From NCBI GenBank assembly GCA_028534125.1, contig CM052827.1, forward strand, positions 33,172,001 to 33,236,000: a DNA stretch of 64,000 bases, given 5' to 3'. Position 1 is the stretch's first letter. Each line of letters begins with the position of its first letter. The position numbers and the translations under genes were made by a program. Below are positions 11,356 to 23,695 of the stretch, piece by piece. The notes below the pieces were generated by a model. That model did not search any database. It was not told where the DNA came from and saw nothing but the letters and a program-made list of their open reading frames with translations. Origin of the DNA: Lama glama. Taxonomy: Eukaryota.

Positions 11356-11969
11356 GAATCTCAACTGACCTCAACCTCAGTGTCCTCACCTATCAGATGG
11401 TGTTGGAAACCTGTCTACTTTGAGAAGCTGTTGTAAAGTTGAATTGTGAACAAATGCAAACACTGCCCTGATTTCCTCTCCCTCCACCTTTGATGGGGTA
11501 AGGATTCAGGTTCATAAATTGTGGAAAGGAACCTTTGTGGGGCTCTTATTTCCTCACCTTTCTTTCAGAGTGTTAAATTTAATGGAATAGAGACTGGTGC
11601 AGTCAACTGGTCTACCTCCTGGAAGCCTCACATCTCTGAAGACAGCAAAGAGTCTCCTTTGGGTAAACGATGTATTTCCATTCAGAACCTATCTTAAGCA
11701 TTTTTGTACTCAATAGTAGATGTTGCCTGTGATAAAATATGATTTTTAAGAAGTAAACAGATAAGCAAGCCAAAAAACTCATAAACAGGCAATCAAACTT
11801 AATTCAAAGCTTACTATTTCATGTGCATGGCATTCTCAAGCCTGAGACTTTGCATTGTGTTTTGCATTCTGTAAACAATTAGAGCTGACATCTCTAAAGG
11901 GAGGAAGCTGAGGAAGAGCAAAGCTGGGACTTGACTGTGAATGAGGTATTGGGAAAACTTTGGGTATTT

Positions 11970-12440
11970 ATAAAATCATTCATGATGTGACCTCCTCTGG
12001 ATTGTCTGACCTCCCCTTTCACCACAGCCCCCTCCCACCATGCTCAGTTCATGCCACACTTCTTCCTGGTCCTGAACTATCTCTCCACCCTCTCCCACCA
12101 AACAAGGGCCTTTGCACATGCCATTCCCATCACTGACAGTTCTTCCTCACCTGCCCAGGATACAAACACTTGCCCCCTTTCAAGACCGAGCTCAAGCACC
12201 ACTTCACCAATGAAGCCCTCCCTGATTCCCCTACAGGAGATAACCAATCTCTCCCTGCTCTGGCCTGCCCCACCATACACCCTACAGATTGTCACAGCTT
12301 GTATTTATTTATAATCTGTTCATATGTCTGTTTCCTGCTCCTAGACTGAGCTCTCTGAAGTAGGTACTGTGTCCTGTGTCTGCAGAGGCCACACCTCTGT
12401 CTTAGCAGGTCTTAAGTCTTTGTTGAATGAACTATTGAAC
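11970..12440 (+). mobile_element. L2 3' region
   Basis: agggcctttgcacatgccattccc...ttcaagaccgagctcaagcaccacttc...ctagactgagctctctgaag...tgttgaatgaa. Confidence 0.8.
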
Positions 12441-12469
12441 GAATCTTTTCAGCAACATGACCTCGATGC

Positions 12470-12620
12470 GTAACTCTAACACTGCCCTGATCACACTAAG
12501 TTGCAATGTTTTGCTTATACGTCTAATTCCCCATGAGACTGTGAGCTCCTTAGAGATGGGTCCTGCACCCTACATCTTCAGCACCTGCCAATGCTCAATA
12601 AATATTTGTTTAGTGACTGT
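12470..12620 (+). mobile_element. L2 3' end
   Basis: agactgtgagctccttagagatggg...tgctcaataaatatttgtttagtga. Confidence 0.75.
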
Positions 12621-14538
12621 AAGTTGCTTTAGATCAAAGTCAGAGAAGACGCCTTCAGAATACAAAGGATAAACACATGATGATAAAGATTTTAAAGGTC
12701 TGTCAAGTTCACGTGTTGATTTATGGAGCAAATTAATATGACAGCATCAACACTTCCAGCCCTCCCCAGTTGGCCTCAGCAATTATGTGTTCCCAGGGCA
12801 GGGCACAGCTGCTTGTGAGATGCAACATGGGAGAGGTCTCCTCTGGTTTGCCCAAAGGTCTCCAAGATATTTTTAGTCGACAAACAACCATGTGTCACTC
12901 ATCAGACATTCCATTAAACCAAATCGTACAACTTGTTAGACAGTTTCCAGTATTAATTGTGAAGTCTCTGCACGTGACTTCAGTCCTCCTGGGGGCTAAG
13001 CCTACCCCAAGGCCAAGGATGGCATACATACACATATACATAGGCTTGAAAAATACTGACCCCAATGGCTTCGCTCACCACCCTAAGGTCTTGTCTCGCC
13101 CATGTCAACACAGTTTTGCACCAATTTCCACAGGGAATTAGCAACACTGGGGATAATAAGCTGGTATATTCTCCACCCTAGAACTCCTGAAAGTATCTAA
13201 TGTTACAGGAAATATCTAAGCTCATTTGCCATAAAGAATGTTCAGAAGTTTCATCCAGGGAGACTACACAGTACATATTAAATGCTGAGTTGTAGGATGC
13301 AAATAGATACTATTCTGGGCCACCAGTAATGCTACGGATACCTCGACTCTGAGCACAGGAGGGGAGGCCTGGGAAAGGGAGGAGGAACATTTTCTTATGA
13401 AAAGTCTCACAGGTGCCTGGAGATTCTGGAAGGTCACTGAGTGAGCTGATGTGCTGACTTAGTGGTATCCAAGGCTCAAGCAAGATAAAAATCCATCCTG
13501 GAGTGAGGCTCACCTTATAACAGAGCCAGTACTCAAATGTGGGAGAAAAGCAGAAAATCATTTGTAACTCCCCCACAGAGGTGCTTCCCCACCCCAGCTG
13601 TCCCATCCCTCAAGGTCTCCACAAGAATGGACTCTCCCTGCTGCTTTCTGGGGGTAAATTTTTTTAATGTGATAGCTTAACTTTATACAAGCAGCAATCA
13701 GTTGTAAAATATAATGGAAAAAAATATAACAGAAAATAGAACCGCATTTAAAATATCCACAGCAACTACACTGCATATAAAAATATACTTAACAAGAAAA
13801 ATACAAGTGCTTTCTATAGAAATGTAATAAAAGGCATTTTCAAAAGACCTAAAAAGAGAGATGATATTCTCAGATGTGAAGACACACACTGTGTATTTCT
13901 TTACTCTTCCCAAATTATTAATATAGTGCAATTTCATCTGGCATCCTAATAGTTATTTTAATTTAACAAATTGATAATTAAGGTCACTTGGAAAGCAAAT
14001 ATGCAAGAATAGTGAAGACTATGTGAAAGAATAATACTGCAGGGAACTTGGGAGCAAGTTCCAAGTGCTGAAATTCGTGTTAATTTAAAATAATTCAAAG
14101 AGTTTGGTACAGATTTGGTCAGGGTATAACAATACCTGAAACAGCCCCTAGAGGGATAACTAGACCCAGAGACTAAGGGGACTCAAGACACCAAGAAGGG
14201 GCCCGAAGAATTTAGAGGAATGAGCTGGAATGGGAGCCTAGGATTCACAGAGTAGATTGCTGGTACGACAAGGTCTGTCTGTTGTCTCAGCCCACTTACA
14301 TACATGAATGAAAAAAACAAATCACAAACTCTTCTTCTCCATCATCTTTAAGGAAAAAAACAAAAGAGTATGGTACCAGCAAAGAAACAGGCATAGATCA
14401 GTGTAACAGAATGAAGTACAAAGAATATCTACTACATATGATAATTTAGTGAGGAGAAAGTGGCTTTTCAAATCAATGGGGAATACAAACTATTTTCGAA
14501 ACGTTGTTGGGAAATTGCCTATCTGTTGAAAAGACTGA

Positions 14539-14660
14539 TGATAGATATGGATGGATGGATGGATGGATAGATAGGTAAATAGATAGATAGCTGATAGTAT
14601 AGGTAGGTAGGTAGATGATGTACAGATAGGATACTTACATACATACATACCCACATACAG
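14539..14660. repeat. (GATG)/(GATA)/(GGTA)/(CATA) compound microsatellite
   Basis: ggatggatggatggatggatagataggtaaatagatagatag...aggtaggtaggtag...acatacatacatac. Confidence 0.85.
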
Positions 14661-15096
14661 ACTTACATTCCTATGTCACTCCACAGATAATAAAATTTCA
14701 GTGGATTAAAAATCTAAATGTAAAATAAAGAACTGTAAAACCACTAGAAGGAAATAGAAGACAATCATTATATGGAGGTAAAGCAGACCTTTTTTAAAAA
14801 TGTTACAGACAATCCAGGCATCATTAAAAGAGGGATGGGAATTGACAAATCGGGCTACATAAAAATGTTAAGTCTCTTCATATTCAAATAAGTGCCAGGT
14901 GAAGGAAAACTGTTTACAAAATCTACATCTGAAAAAGGATATACACCCATAATATGTCAAAAGAGCCTACAAATAAGAAGCATTTAAATCTAAATGAGTC
15001 AAATTTTAAGTAGGCAGTTCACAAAAAAAGAAATAGAAATGGCCTATAAACTTGTAAAAAAGATTCTCTTTATTTATTAATTTTCTTCATGATCAA

Positions 15097-15120
15097 ATAT
15101 ATATATATATATATATATAT
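15097..15120. repeat. (AT)12 microsatellite
   Basis: Direct reading. Confidence 0.95.
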
Positions 15121-15479
15121 CAAAGCAATATTTTCCCCATTGGACTGCAAATAGTTTGATGAGGTTGTGGGAAAACAGTTCTCTCATTCATTCATAGTAG
15201 AAATTCAAATCAATACATCTTTTCTGGAAGGCAATTACCTATTACATTTCAAAGAACACAGTCCTTGACCCTGAGTTCTATTTCTAGAAATTTCTCCTTT
15301 AAAAAGATTCTTTCATATACTCAGAGATACACGTCACATGATTTGTAATAGTGAAATTTGGAGAGGAAATATATATTTGAATAAAATTGTGGTAAAATCA
15401 TATAATTGGATAGAATGTTCAGCCAATAGAAAGGAAGAGTAAAGATCTCACATTAATTGGTAAAAGCGATCGCCCCCTC

Positions 15480-16910
15480 AGACTATTCTCTCTCCCATTA
15501 ACTTAATGTTTTGTTAGTTCTGCAAGTACCTGTACACTTAAAGCTTACCGCAGTTCCTCGTGCTAACGCCTTCCCAGTTATCTGGGCAGTCCGGGGTTCA
15601 TGTGCCAGCAGAGTGCTCTTTCAAGTCTCAAGAGAATTGAATTTCCTGAGTTTCAGCATACAAGTAACAGTTCATCCCCCTTTTTACTTGAATGTCAGGG
15701 TGAATGGACACAAAATCCTTGGCTCACATGTTTTTTTCCTCAAGTATATGAAATATGTTACTCTCTTTTCTCCTGGAAAAGGAAGTATTATATCACTTCC
15801 CGTAACTCTGATGATGATCTAGTTTTTATTTCCCTTAAAGCCACTAGGTCTTTGGACCTGGATAATCGCAGAAGTTTTCTTTTCTTTATGGCTCAGTAAT
15901 TTTACTGGAATATGTCTTGGATTTGGCTGTTTTGTGTCCTGTTTCTCAGGAACAGAAAATATAAAACAGATTTTCACTCTTTATTTTTAAATCAAATTTT
16001 ATTTTGGGAAAGTTTTTCTTGAATTATGGTTTTGGTATGTTTTCCTGGTCTTTGCCTTAGTTTTCCTCTTCAGGGGCTCCTACTGTCCATGTGTTGGATT
16101 GTCTTAGCTTAATTCAAATTTCATCTCTTTCTCTTGAATCTCCCTCCTTTTTTTTTTTAATTTTCCTTTCTCTTTGATTTTTAAATTTCTTTCTCCTTGT
16201 CACTCTCTATTTATATTAAGATATTTATGATATTTATATTTTCTTTGGTTCCTTACAGTTTAGTCTTTACTTCTTTTTATTTCTAACTCTTTCCTGAGTT
16301 CTCTCCCTTTGTTTCTGAGTTTTTCTGATTATTTTATATCTTGTGTCATAATGTCTTTTATTCACTTGAAACAGAAAGTTCCACTTTGGTTCTGCTTGAC
16401 CAGTCATCTCTTTGCCTGCGGAAATGTTACTCTGCTCCTTATTCTCCTGTTTTCTTATAACAACTTTGTACTAGATCTGGTCTTGATTCTTCTCTGCTGC
16501 CCTTTTTATGTGCAAATAATTTTCCTGAACTTTTAGGGGGCATTGTTCAGAAGCTAGAAATACTAACTTCATTGGGATCCTTCTCTGCTGTTTTGTGTAG
16601 TGTTCAAAAACACGTGGCTTGCTCTCTGAGATCTCCTAGACCTGTTCTCTCCTCCCACTTTTATCCTGACTTTATCTTTCTTCATCTCTACTGTCCCTGT
16701 CTTGCTTAATTCTGATTCTACAATCAGCAGTATCTCATGAGGATGGGCCTTATTCCAGAAGGGAGTCTTAGATGGTTAGTTTTAAGAGTCCCTAGGGTAG
16801 CAATCTGTTCCCAGTTGCTTCCTTTGCACTGTCCCTCTGCTGAACAAAATCTCTCTCAGTTTCATTTAGGTTCTCAAATCTGCCTGTCATGCTTTATAGT
16901 GAGTATTAGG
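15480..16910 (-). mobile_element. HAL1 (half-L1)-like element
   Basis: aaaatccttggctcacatg...aaatatgttactc...tctgatgatgatctagtttttatttccctta...ttttactggaatatgtcttgg...ttgggaaagtttttcttgaattat matches my recollection of the antisense HAL1 ORF1 region. Confidence 0.7.
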
Positions 16911-17039
16911 TGGGAGGTGGGATGAGGCCCAGAGTCTTCTGAGTTCAGGGCTATGTTTTATGTCTGCCTTCAACTGTATCCTCTATGTATATGATCCCTG
17001 ATACTGTTCTAAGTCCCCAGATTTACCTGGCAACTGAAT

Positions 17040-17230
17040 GGAAGGGTCAGGGGTGAGGCTATGAACACAGCTGAGATTTCTTTACTCACTAGGGAGAACC
17101 TCAGAACCACCAGCATCTTACTCTGGGGCCCATTAGGAAGGGTCGGGGTGAGGCTGTGAATACAGCTGAGATTTCCTCACTCACAAGGGAGAACCTCAGA
17201 ACCACCAGCGTCTTACTCTGGGGCCCATTA
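17040..17230. repeat. Head-to-tail tandem duplication, 96 + 95 bp
   Basis: ggaagggtcaggggtgaggct...ctctggggcccatta at 17040-17135, repeated at 17136-17230 with 6 substitutions and 1 indel. Confidence 0.97.
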
Positions 17231-17869
17231 CTTAAAGGCATCCCTTGCTAAAGTGTGGATAGTTGCTAGAACTTGGTTTGCCTATTCTAGAGATAGTTGC
17301 ATTGTAACAGGAAACACCTTACCTTTAACCAAACAAGTGACTTTCTAATGGTGGGATCTCACTTACCATGGAGGGGCAGTGATGGGGGGTGTGGATGAAG
17401 AGATGGTGGCCAGTAACCTTCTGACACTCAGTAACTAGAGCCCAAGTTCCTAAGCAAGGGGTGGACGTGGTGGGGTCCCAGTGGAAACCTCAGCAGAGAG
17501 AGAGGGAGGCTGTATGTTGGGAGCTGTGGAGGCAGATAACTTGGATGGTAGTGAATAGTTACAGGACCCCAAAGTACCAAAACAAGCAGACATCACTGAC
17601 CACTCCAGAATAGGACAAAGATGCCCTGAAGCTGGAAAAATTCCAAAAATGTCAGAAAGAAAAACCAGAATCCGGTGCAGGGAGCTACTTGCCCAACTTA
17701 ATGTGGTTGCAAATGCCAAAGAGGCAGGAGACAAAGCTCTTGCTTCCAGGGGAGTGAACAACCCCGAGGGAAATACCAGGCAGCCAGAAGTACATTACTG
17801 GTGGGCAGGGAGGCAGGGTGAGAAGGTTGAGAGAGAAGAGACCTTGGTGGGGAAGGGGCCCTAAAAGGC

Positions 17870-18200
17870 AGAATAATGTCACAGTGATACCCTGAGCACT
17901 TCCCACATACCTAAAACTGTGCTAACAGTGACATGACCAGTATCCCATTCATGATGTTATTCTCACTTTTGAGATGAAGAAATTGAGACTTGAAGAGGCC
18001 AAGTGGTCTGCTCAGGATGACATGATGACTAACCAGTCGGTGAAAGATTCAAACCTAAGTCATCCTTGTACTCAAAGCCTTCACTCTTCAAGACTAGACT
18101 TGGGTCTAATTTCCAGCTCTGCCACCAACTGGCTGTGTGTCCTTGTTCTGACTGCTTAGCCTCTCTGAACCTAAATTTCCTCCTCACAGAAATGGAGCTA
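17870..18200. mobile_element. Two adjacent MIRs (minus 17870-18090, plus 18090-18200)
   Basis: ttttgagatgaagaaattgagacttgaagagg; then ccagctctgccaccaactggctgtgtgtccttg...tttcctcctc. Confidence 0.7.
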
Positions 18201-18764
18201 GTTCTCAGGATTATCTCAGAATCAGAAGTGAGATGATTCACTCCAGTCCTGTGTGTTTCGTGTTTAGTGTGGCGCTGGTGCGTGGAAAGCCCTTTGCATA
18301 TACGTGCCAATTTGCCATCCATCACCAGCTGTCATCTGTGCATAGTGTCCTAAGCAACCATGAATCTGCTGCCATCCTCCATCTTACCTGCTTCACTCTC
18401 TTCATTAAATCTATGGTAACTGTCTGGTAGAAAGAGTTATACGACATTCATAGGAAATCCATGGTGAAAGATGACAGTTTTATCAATGAATTCTAATGAC
18501 TTCCCCCCATGACATTTCAGAGTAGGCGAGAAATTTGCTTTTCCTAGAGAGTCAAATAACATGAGGAGAATTATGTTTTTCTGCCTTATTGCAGGGGGAT
18601 AATCCATCTAATCCTTAAACACCTGACAGTCAACACACCTCAGTAAGAGACCGGCAGAGAGGTAAACCCTCTGGGCTTCCAAGACTTTGTCTAGAAGTCA
18701 CACCTGAGGCCTGTGCTGTGGCAGAAGAGTAGGATGGGGCCCAGGAGGACTATCACCCAGGGTA

Positions 18765-19160
18765 CCCATCCTTGATTTCAAGAGCTGGAGAGGCTAGCAG
18801 AGATGTCCTAATCCTATTCCTTTATTTCACAAATAGGGAAACTGAGGCCCAGAGAAGGGAAGTAACTTGCCCAAGTAACTGCTATGCCTGAATCTTGAAC
18901 CCAGGACTCCTGACTCCGAGGCCCAGGATTGTCCCAGCACATTCAGCAACCTGTCCTCCGAGAACAGGGATTGTCCCACCATCAGAAACAAATCCTGGCT
19001 CTACCACTTCATGGTGGGGTCCTGGGACCTCAGAAAATTGTTTAGCCTTTGTTTCCTCATGTATTAAAATGGGAATGATAAATTCAGCCTCACAGGATTA
19101 AAAGACACGAAGATATGAACAGCCCAGTACAATTCCTAGCCCATGGTAGGTGCTCAAATG
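18765..19160. mobile_element. Two MIRs (minus 18765-18940, plus 18985-19160)
   Basis: agggaaactgaggcccagagaagggaagtaacttgcccaag; aatcctggctctaccactt...tttcctcatgtattaaaatgggaatgata. Confidence 0.75.
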
Positions 19161-19178
19161 GGGTTCCATTCCTTTTCA

Positions 19179-19639
19179 TATCTTTACTGAGGTTTCCCCA
19201 GAAGCAAACTTTAGCACAGGATTGAAATGCAAGTAGTTGATTTGGGACGTGATCCCAAGAAGCACCAGCAGGAAGGGGAGCGAGCCAGCCAACAGAGGGT
19301 CCATGAACAGGTAGGTTACCCTGTGGGTTACTGGGGCTCCAGCCCACTAATGACCCCTGGGAGACAGTGTAGAGCATGCCTTGGAGTCCCCCACCTCCAT
19401 CCATGCTGAGAATGTGGAAGCTAGTTATCTTTCCTCCAACTCCTCCTTCAGTAGCTAAGGACCAACCCTGGGGGCATCACTCCCAGCACTTCCTGCCTGT
19501 CCTGAGCACAAGCTGAGATGCCAGAGGTAGCCCTTGGGAGGGTAGTCACAGGTGTCTGTGGTGGAAAGCCATCTGTATGCCTGAGAACAGTGAGTGCCAA
19601 TGTTATACGGGCAGGTATACACAGAGAGCAGCTACCACA
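19179..19639 (-). mobile_element. ERVL-class 3' LTR (LTR40/LTR41-like)
   Basis: ttccccagaagcaaac...aggattgaaatgcaagtagttgatttgggacgtgatcccaagaagcacc; on the minus strand it starts tgtggtagc right after a PPT-like tagggatggac. Confidence 0.7.
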
Positions 19640-19721
19640 GTCCATCCCTACACCGCTCATATCCCATCCTGCTTGGCATTGAGTTCATTCTGTTCAGACA
19701 CTGATTTTTTCAAGGTGAGGA

Positions 19722-20188
19722 TGAGACAGGCTGGGAAACTGGGACTCTTCACTGGACTGCTTGACCTGGACAAACGTCTCCGCCAGCAACAGAATACAAA
19801 GAAATTGTCAGGGACTAAAAGTAACTGCCCACATGCACAGTTACGGCAAAGGATGATCAGTAAGCTACAAAAAAGCCAAAACCCAACTGCCACTTCTGTT
19901 AGGAGCACAAGCAGTGTGCTGTGCATGACCCCTGCACACAGCACCACCAAGTGGGCGGGCAGACTGCCTAAGCCACGCCTCCAGCCTGACCCACTGATCC
20001 ACCCCCACCCCCACCCCACGTACAGAGCCAGCTCCCACTGCCCACTTAGGGAGCCAGCAAGCACCTGTTACTTGTTCTGGTTCCCTGCTGCTGCAGCACG
20101 GGTCCCAACAGAGCCTTGCCTGAATTTCTCGTCTGGCCTCTTACCAATTTCTATTGATTAAAGAGTCCAAGAATCCGGGTCAGTAAGA
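19722..20188 (+). mobile_element. ERV1-class solo LTR (cetartiodactyl type)
   Basis: Starts tgagacaggctggga; ends gccttgcctgaatttctcgtctggcctc...atttctattgattaaagagtccaagaatccgggtcagtaa; no clean TSD. Confidence 0.75.
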
Positions 20189-20310
20189 GTGACTGGTCAT
20201 ACTTTCTTTTTTAAATAAATAAACAGAGCCGATGGATTAGTGGGATAGGCTATAGATCCTACTGGGAAGTTGGTCCTGAGGTTTTAATTGATGCTGATTG
20301 TGAACCTCCT

Positions 20311-20675
20311 GGTTATGGGATGAGTTCTGCCCGCACATAATTCATGTGATGAAATTCTAACCACTAGTACCTCAGCATGTGACTGCTTTGGGAAACAGAG
20401 CTTTAAAAAAGTAATTAAGGTAAAATGAAGTCATTCGGGTGGACCCCAATCCAGTCTGGTGTCCTTATAAGAAGAGGAAATTTAGACACAGATTCAAAAG
20501 AAAGCCCATGGGAAGACACATAGGGAAGATGGCCATCTATACGCCCTTAAAAGAAACCAGCCCTGCTCATACTTTCATCCTGAACTATTAGCCTCCAGAC
20601 TGTGAGACAATAAATTTCTGTTGCTTAAGCCACTCGGTCTATAGTAACTTATGGCAGCCCCATGAAACCCACACA
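20311..20675 (+). mobile_element. MaLR solo LTR, MLT1B-like
   Basis: gttatggga...ctggtgtccttataagaagaggaaatttagacaca...gcctccagactgtgagacaataaatttctgttg; perfect 5-bp TSD ctcct (20306-20310, 20676-20680). Confidence 0.93.
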
Positions 20676-21180
20676 CTCCTCTAGCACTTTTTCTAGGGTG
20701 CCCCTGGCCAGGTCTCCTACTGGTGTAAGCTCTTGCCACATCTTCATTTCAAAGGTGCCATGATCTGGTACCACTCCTGCTGTTACATATTCATGCTTAT
20801 CTCCAGGTTTGCAAGCACCAAGAGGCAACCCAGTATATCCACTGAATCCCAGACATACTCTTTCCCACCCCCATTCTGTAGCAACAACACTAGCTCCCTG
20901 TCATTTCCCGCCACAGGTATTATACCTCCTTCCTGTGGCTGCTGGTATACCAGTATGATGAACCCAGTATGACCAGGCAAAGGGTGTAACTTTACAGGAT
21001 CCCTGCCTGTGCCCATGGGAACCAGGACCTGAGGTCCAGCAGAGCCTAAAATTACAGGGATGGAAAACACCGATCCTGCGGGGGGCGGGGGGGTGTCACT
21101 GGGAGTGTTGCTAAGAGGACCCCCTCCTGCTTCCACCTCTTGTTCCCACTTCAGGGGACCAATACCATCCCATGCTGGGA
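20676..21180 (-). mobile_element. ERV-L internal remnant: end of pol with dUTPase-like segment
   Basis: ORF 20783-21136 (IPVILGSAGPQVLVP...LPGHTG...QQPQEG...LLLQNGGGKEYVWDSVDILGCLLVL) parallels the recalled ERV-L PATLCSAGLEVLVP...LPPGHFG...LLLHNGGKEEYAWNTGDPLGRLLVL. Confidence 0.8.
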
Positions 21181-21806
21181 CCCAACCCCTCGGCTTATTA
21201 GTGGGTTGGGTCTCACAGGCTTTGTCAGTAGCTGAGAACAGTTCTCAGATCCATCTATCTCCACCTTTTTCTGCTAGCTTGTCATGGATCAGGTTCAGAG
21301 AAGGGGTCAACAGCATGAGCTCCATTTGACCCACAGCAGTGTTGGCTCCTTAAATAAAATACGTGCTAAGAATACAAATGGGGTGGAGTGGTAGGTACCT
21401 GGTGATGGACTAATGTGCTTCACAGAGAACAGCCCCCACCCCTATTCACTCTGTAACTCTGACCCACCATCCTGACCTAGCTCTGCCATCCACCTCCTCC
21501 CTGAGGCCTCCCCTGCCCTGGAAACCAGAGCATGACAGTCATACATCGATTGCAAGAGTACTATTCAGGACTTATTCTTCTGTCCGAAGGGATTTGTGCA
21601 TGTCTCCGTGAGTCCAATGGAGGTGGGGAAACAACGAGTGGGAGAGGGGAGCGGACGTGCTCCAGGTCACTTAGCCTGCAGCGGCAGACCTGAGATTTAA
21701 ACAAAAGCCATTTCCTCTGGGAGCCCCTGTTCCTCACCTAAAAAGAGGTGACCCTCAGACAGAGAGAGGGACTGAGCCACACTTCTGTGCCGTGTCACTC
21801 TTTGTA

Positions 21807-22307
21807 AGGCAGACCTCAAAGATACTGCAGGTTCAGTTCCAAACCACCGCAATAAAAAAGATATTGTAATAAAGCAAGTCCCACAAATGTCTTGGTTTCC
21901 CAGTGCATATAAAAGTTACGTATACACTCTAGTCTGTTTAAGTGTGCAAAAGCATCATGTCTGAAAATATATATATACATACCTTAATGTAATACTGTAT
22001 TGCTAAAAAATGCTAACCATCATCTGAGCCTCCACAAGTCATAATCTTTTTGCAATAGTCACATCAAAGATCCCTGATCACAGATCACCAGAGCAAACAT
22101 AATAATACTGAAAACGTTTGAAATACTGCAAGAATTTCCAAAATGTGACACAGAGACATGAAATGAGCAAATGCTTTGGGAAAACGGCACTCATAGACTT
22201 GCTCAATGCAGAGCTGCCACAAACCTCCAATCTGTTAAAAACAACAACAAACACCCACATAATCTGCGAAGCACAGCAAAGCAAGGCAGTAAAACCAGGT
22301 CCACCTG
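21807..22307 (-). mobile_element. Internally deleted Tigger1 derivative (Tigger1a_Art-like)
   Basis: Both Tigger1 termini present: aggcagacctcaaagatactgcaggttcagttccaaaccaccgcaataaa and aatctgcgaagcacagcaaagc...aggtccacctg; TA at 21805. Confidence 0.9.
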
Positions 22308-23239
22308 TGTGAGGAAGGCACAGCACCCAGGCTGCAGTGCTGAGGGTACGTTCTCCCGCCCCTTCCCTGTGCTGGGGTCCCCTTCTCCTCTCACCGTGGC
22401 ACCCATCTACAGTCATACTGGTTCTTTCCACCAAAATAGGTGTCCATTTTTTCTGAACCATTGAGTTAACTTCAAATACTCCTCACTCTGCAGAAGAACC
22501 CCTGCCTGAGAAGCCAGCTTTAAGAAACCTGGTGCTAAAGTTTGGCCAGGAGGGGCAGCCAAACACCTCACAAATGTACTGCTTTCCACTGTGTGACCTT
22601 AAAAGAAGCTTTTAGGAAATGGGCGTGTTTACTCCAAACTAAACATTTGTTCCCCCTTTCTTTAATATCTTTGAGGCAGTGACAGCTGTGAAGGCAATTG
22701 GGGTGGTATTGACAATTACAAGCAGGTCGATGCCATTTCATCTGCCAAGGTATTTCATCGGGAACAGAAAAGAGCTGTTTTAGGGGTGATGGGATGTCAC
22801 ACAGCAGGCGCCGTTCCCCAGCCATTGGGTGGCAGGGCTGCGGGAGCTCTTTGAAAACTATGCGTGACCTCTGCCCTATCTCCGAATGGGTATAAGAACA
22901 GAAGAGCTTTCCACTGATCCTGACATTCTGCCTTATTTAATGGCTTCCATAGAACTCATTGCTTAACTGTCTTACAGCCAAAATAAAAGAGAAACGGGGC
23001 CCTGAAAGGTACTAAGTGTCAGGTGGAGAACTGGAATCCTGGGGCTGGCCTTGCAATTAGATCTTGGTTCATTTTTCCTGTTCAAAGGGTTCCAGGTCTG
23101 GAGGCTTCATTGAGAAGGGGTAGGCACGGTAGTCTGTTTCTGCTCCCAACTGGTTTCCAAACCTGAAGGACTGGGAAGGGGAGAAGCAAGATTCTGTGTG
23201 TGGCCAAGGAGACTGAGCACTGTGGAAGGACCCAGACAA

Positions 23240-23470
23240 ATGGTGCAATGAGGGGAGATCGGGTTTGAGAGTCAGGCAGACCTGGATAGGGGCCCCTCTC
23301 TGCCTCTCACAGGCTGTGTGAACTTGTTCTAGCTTTTCTCTGAGCTTTGGTTTCCACATCTGTAAACCAGGGTTGGCATTACTCATCTCATGAATCCATG
23401 AATCTATGAATGTCACAGCACGGGTTCCAAGAGGACTGTGAGATGAGGACTTGGAATAAAGTGATTTTGG
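23240..23470 (+). mobile_element. MIR SINE
   Basis: agtcaggcagacctgg...ggctgtgtgaacttg...tttccacatctgtaaa. Confidence 0.65.
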
Positions 23471-23559
23471 AAGAAATCTTCCCAGGAAAACCAGTAAGAT
23501 AGAGGGTAAGGGTGGGGGGAGTGGGATCAGAAAGAAAGACCCAGCAGGGATGCCATACG

Positions 23560-23695
23560 TGAAATACTGCCCACAGACCCGCAGCAACACCACCACCTGG
23601 AGTCTGTTGCCAGTGAAGAATTTTGAGATCTACTCTAGACCTAGGAAAATAGAATCTGCTTTTTAACAAGATTCCAGGGGATATGAAAAGCACCA
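23560..23695. mobile_element. MER5A/B-like MITE
   Basis: caccacctggagtctgtt...aatagaatctgctttttaacaagattccagggga. Confidence 0.65.

Larger units (their letters stand above)
13680..15460 (+). mobile_element. Old L1 (L1M/L1ME-type) ORF2 fragments
   Basis: agtatggtaccagcaaagaaacaggcatagatcagtgtaacagaat...aaatcaatggggaa...gtggattaaaaatctaaatgtaaaa; heavily decayed. Confidence 0.75.

Noticed and set aside
17040..17230. CRISPR-like or array-type repeat
   Set aside because: Only two abutting copies with no spacers, in mammalian DNA.
17450..17864. Protein-like frame (MSERKTRIRCRELLAQLNVV...) as a processed pseudogene or viral insert
   Set aside because: No recognisable family, poly(A) tail or TSD; a BLASTx search would be needed.
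19577..20161. 194-aa ORF
   Set aside because: Runs across two unrelated LTR-element pieces; chance ORF.
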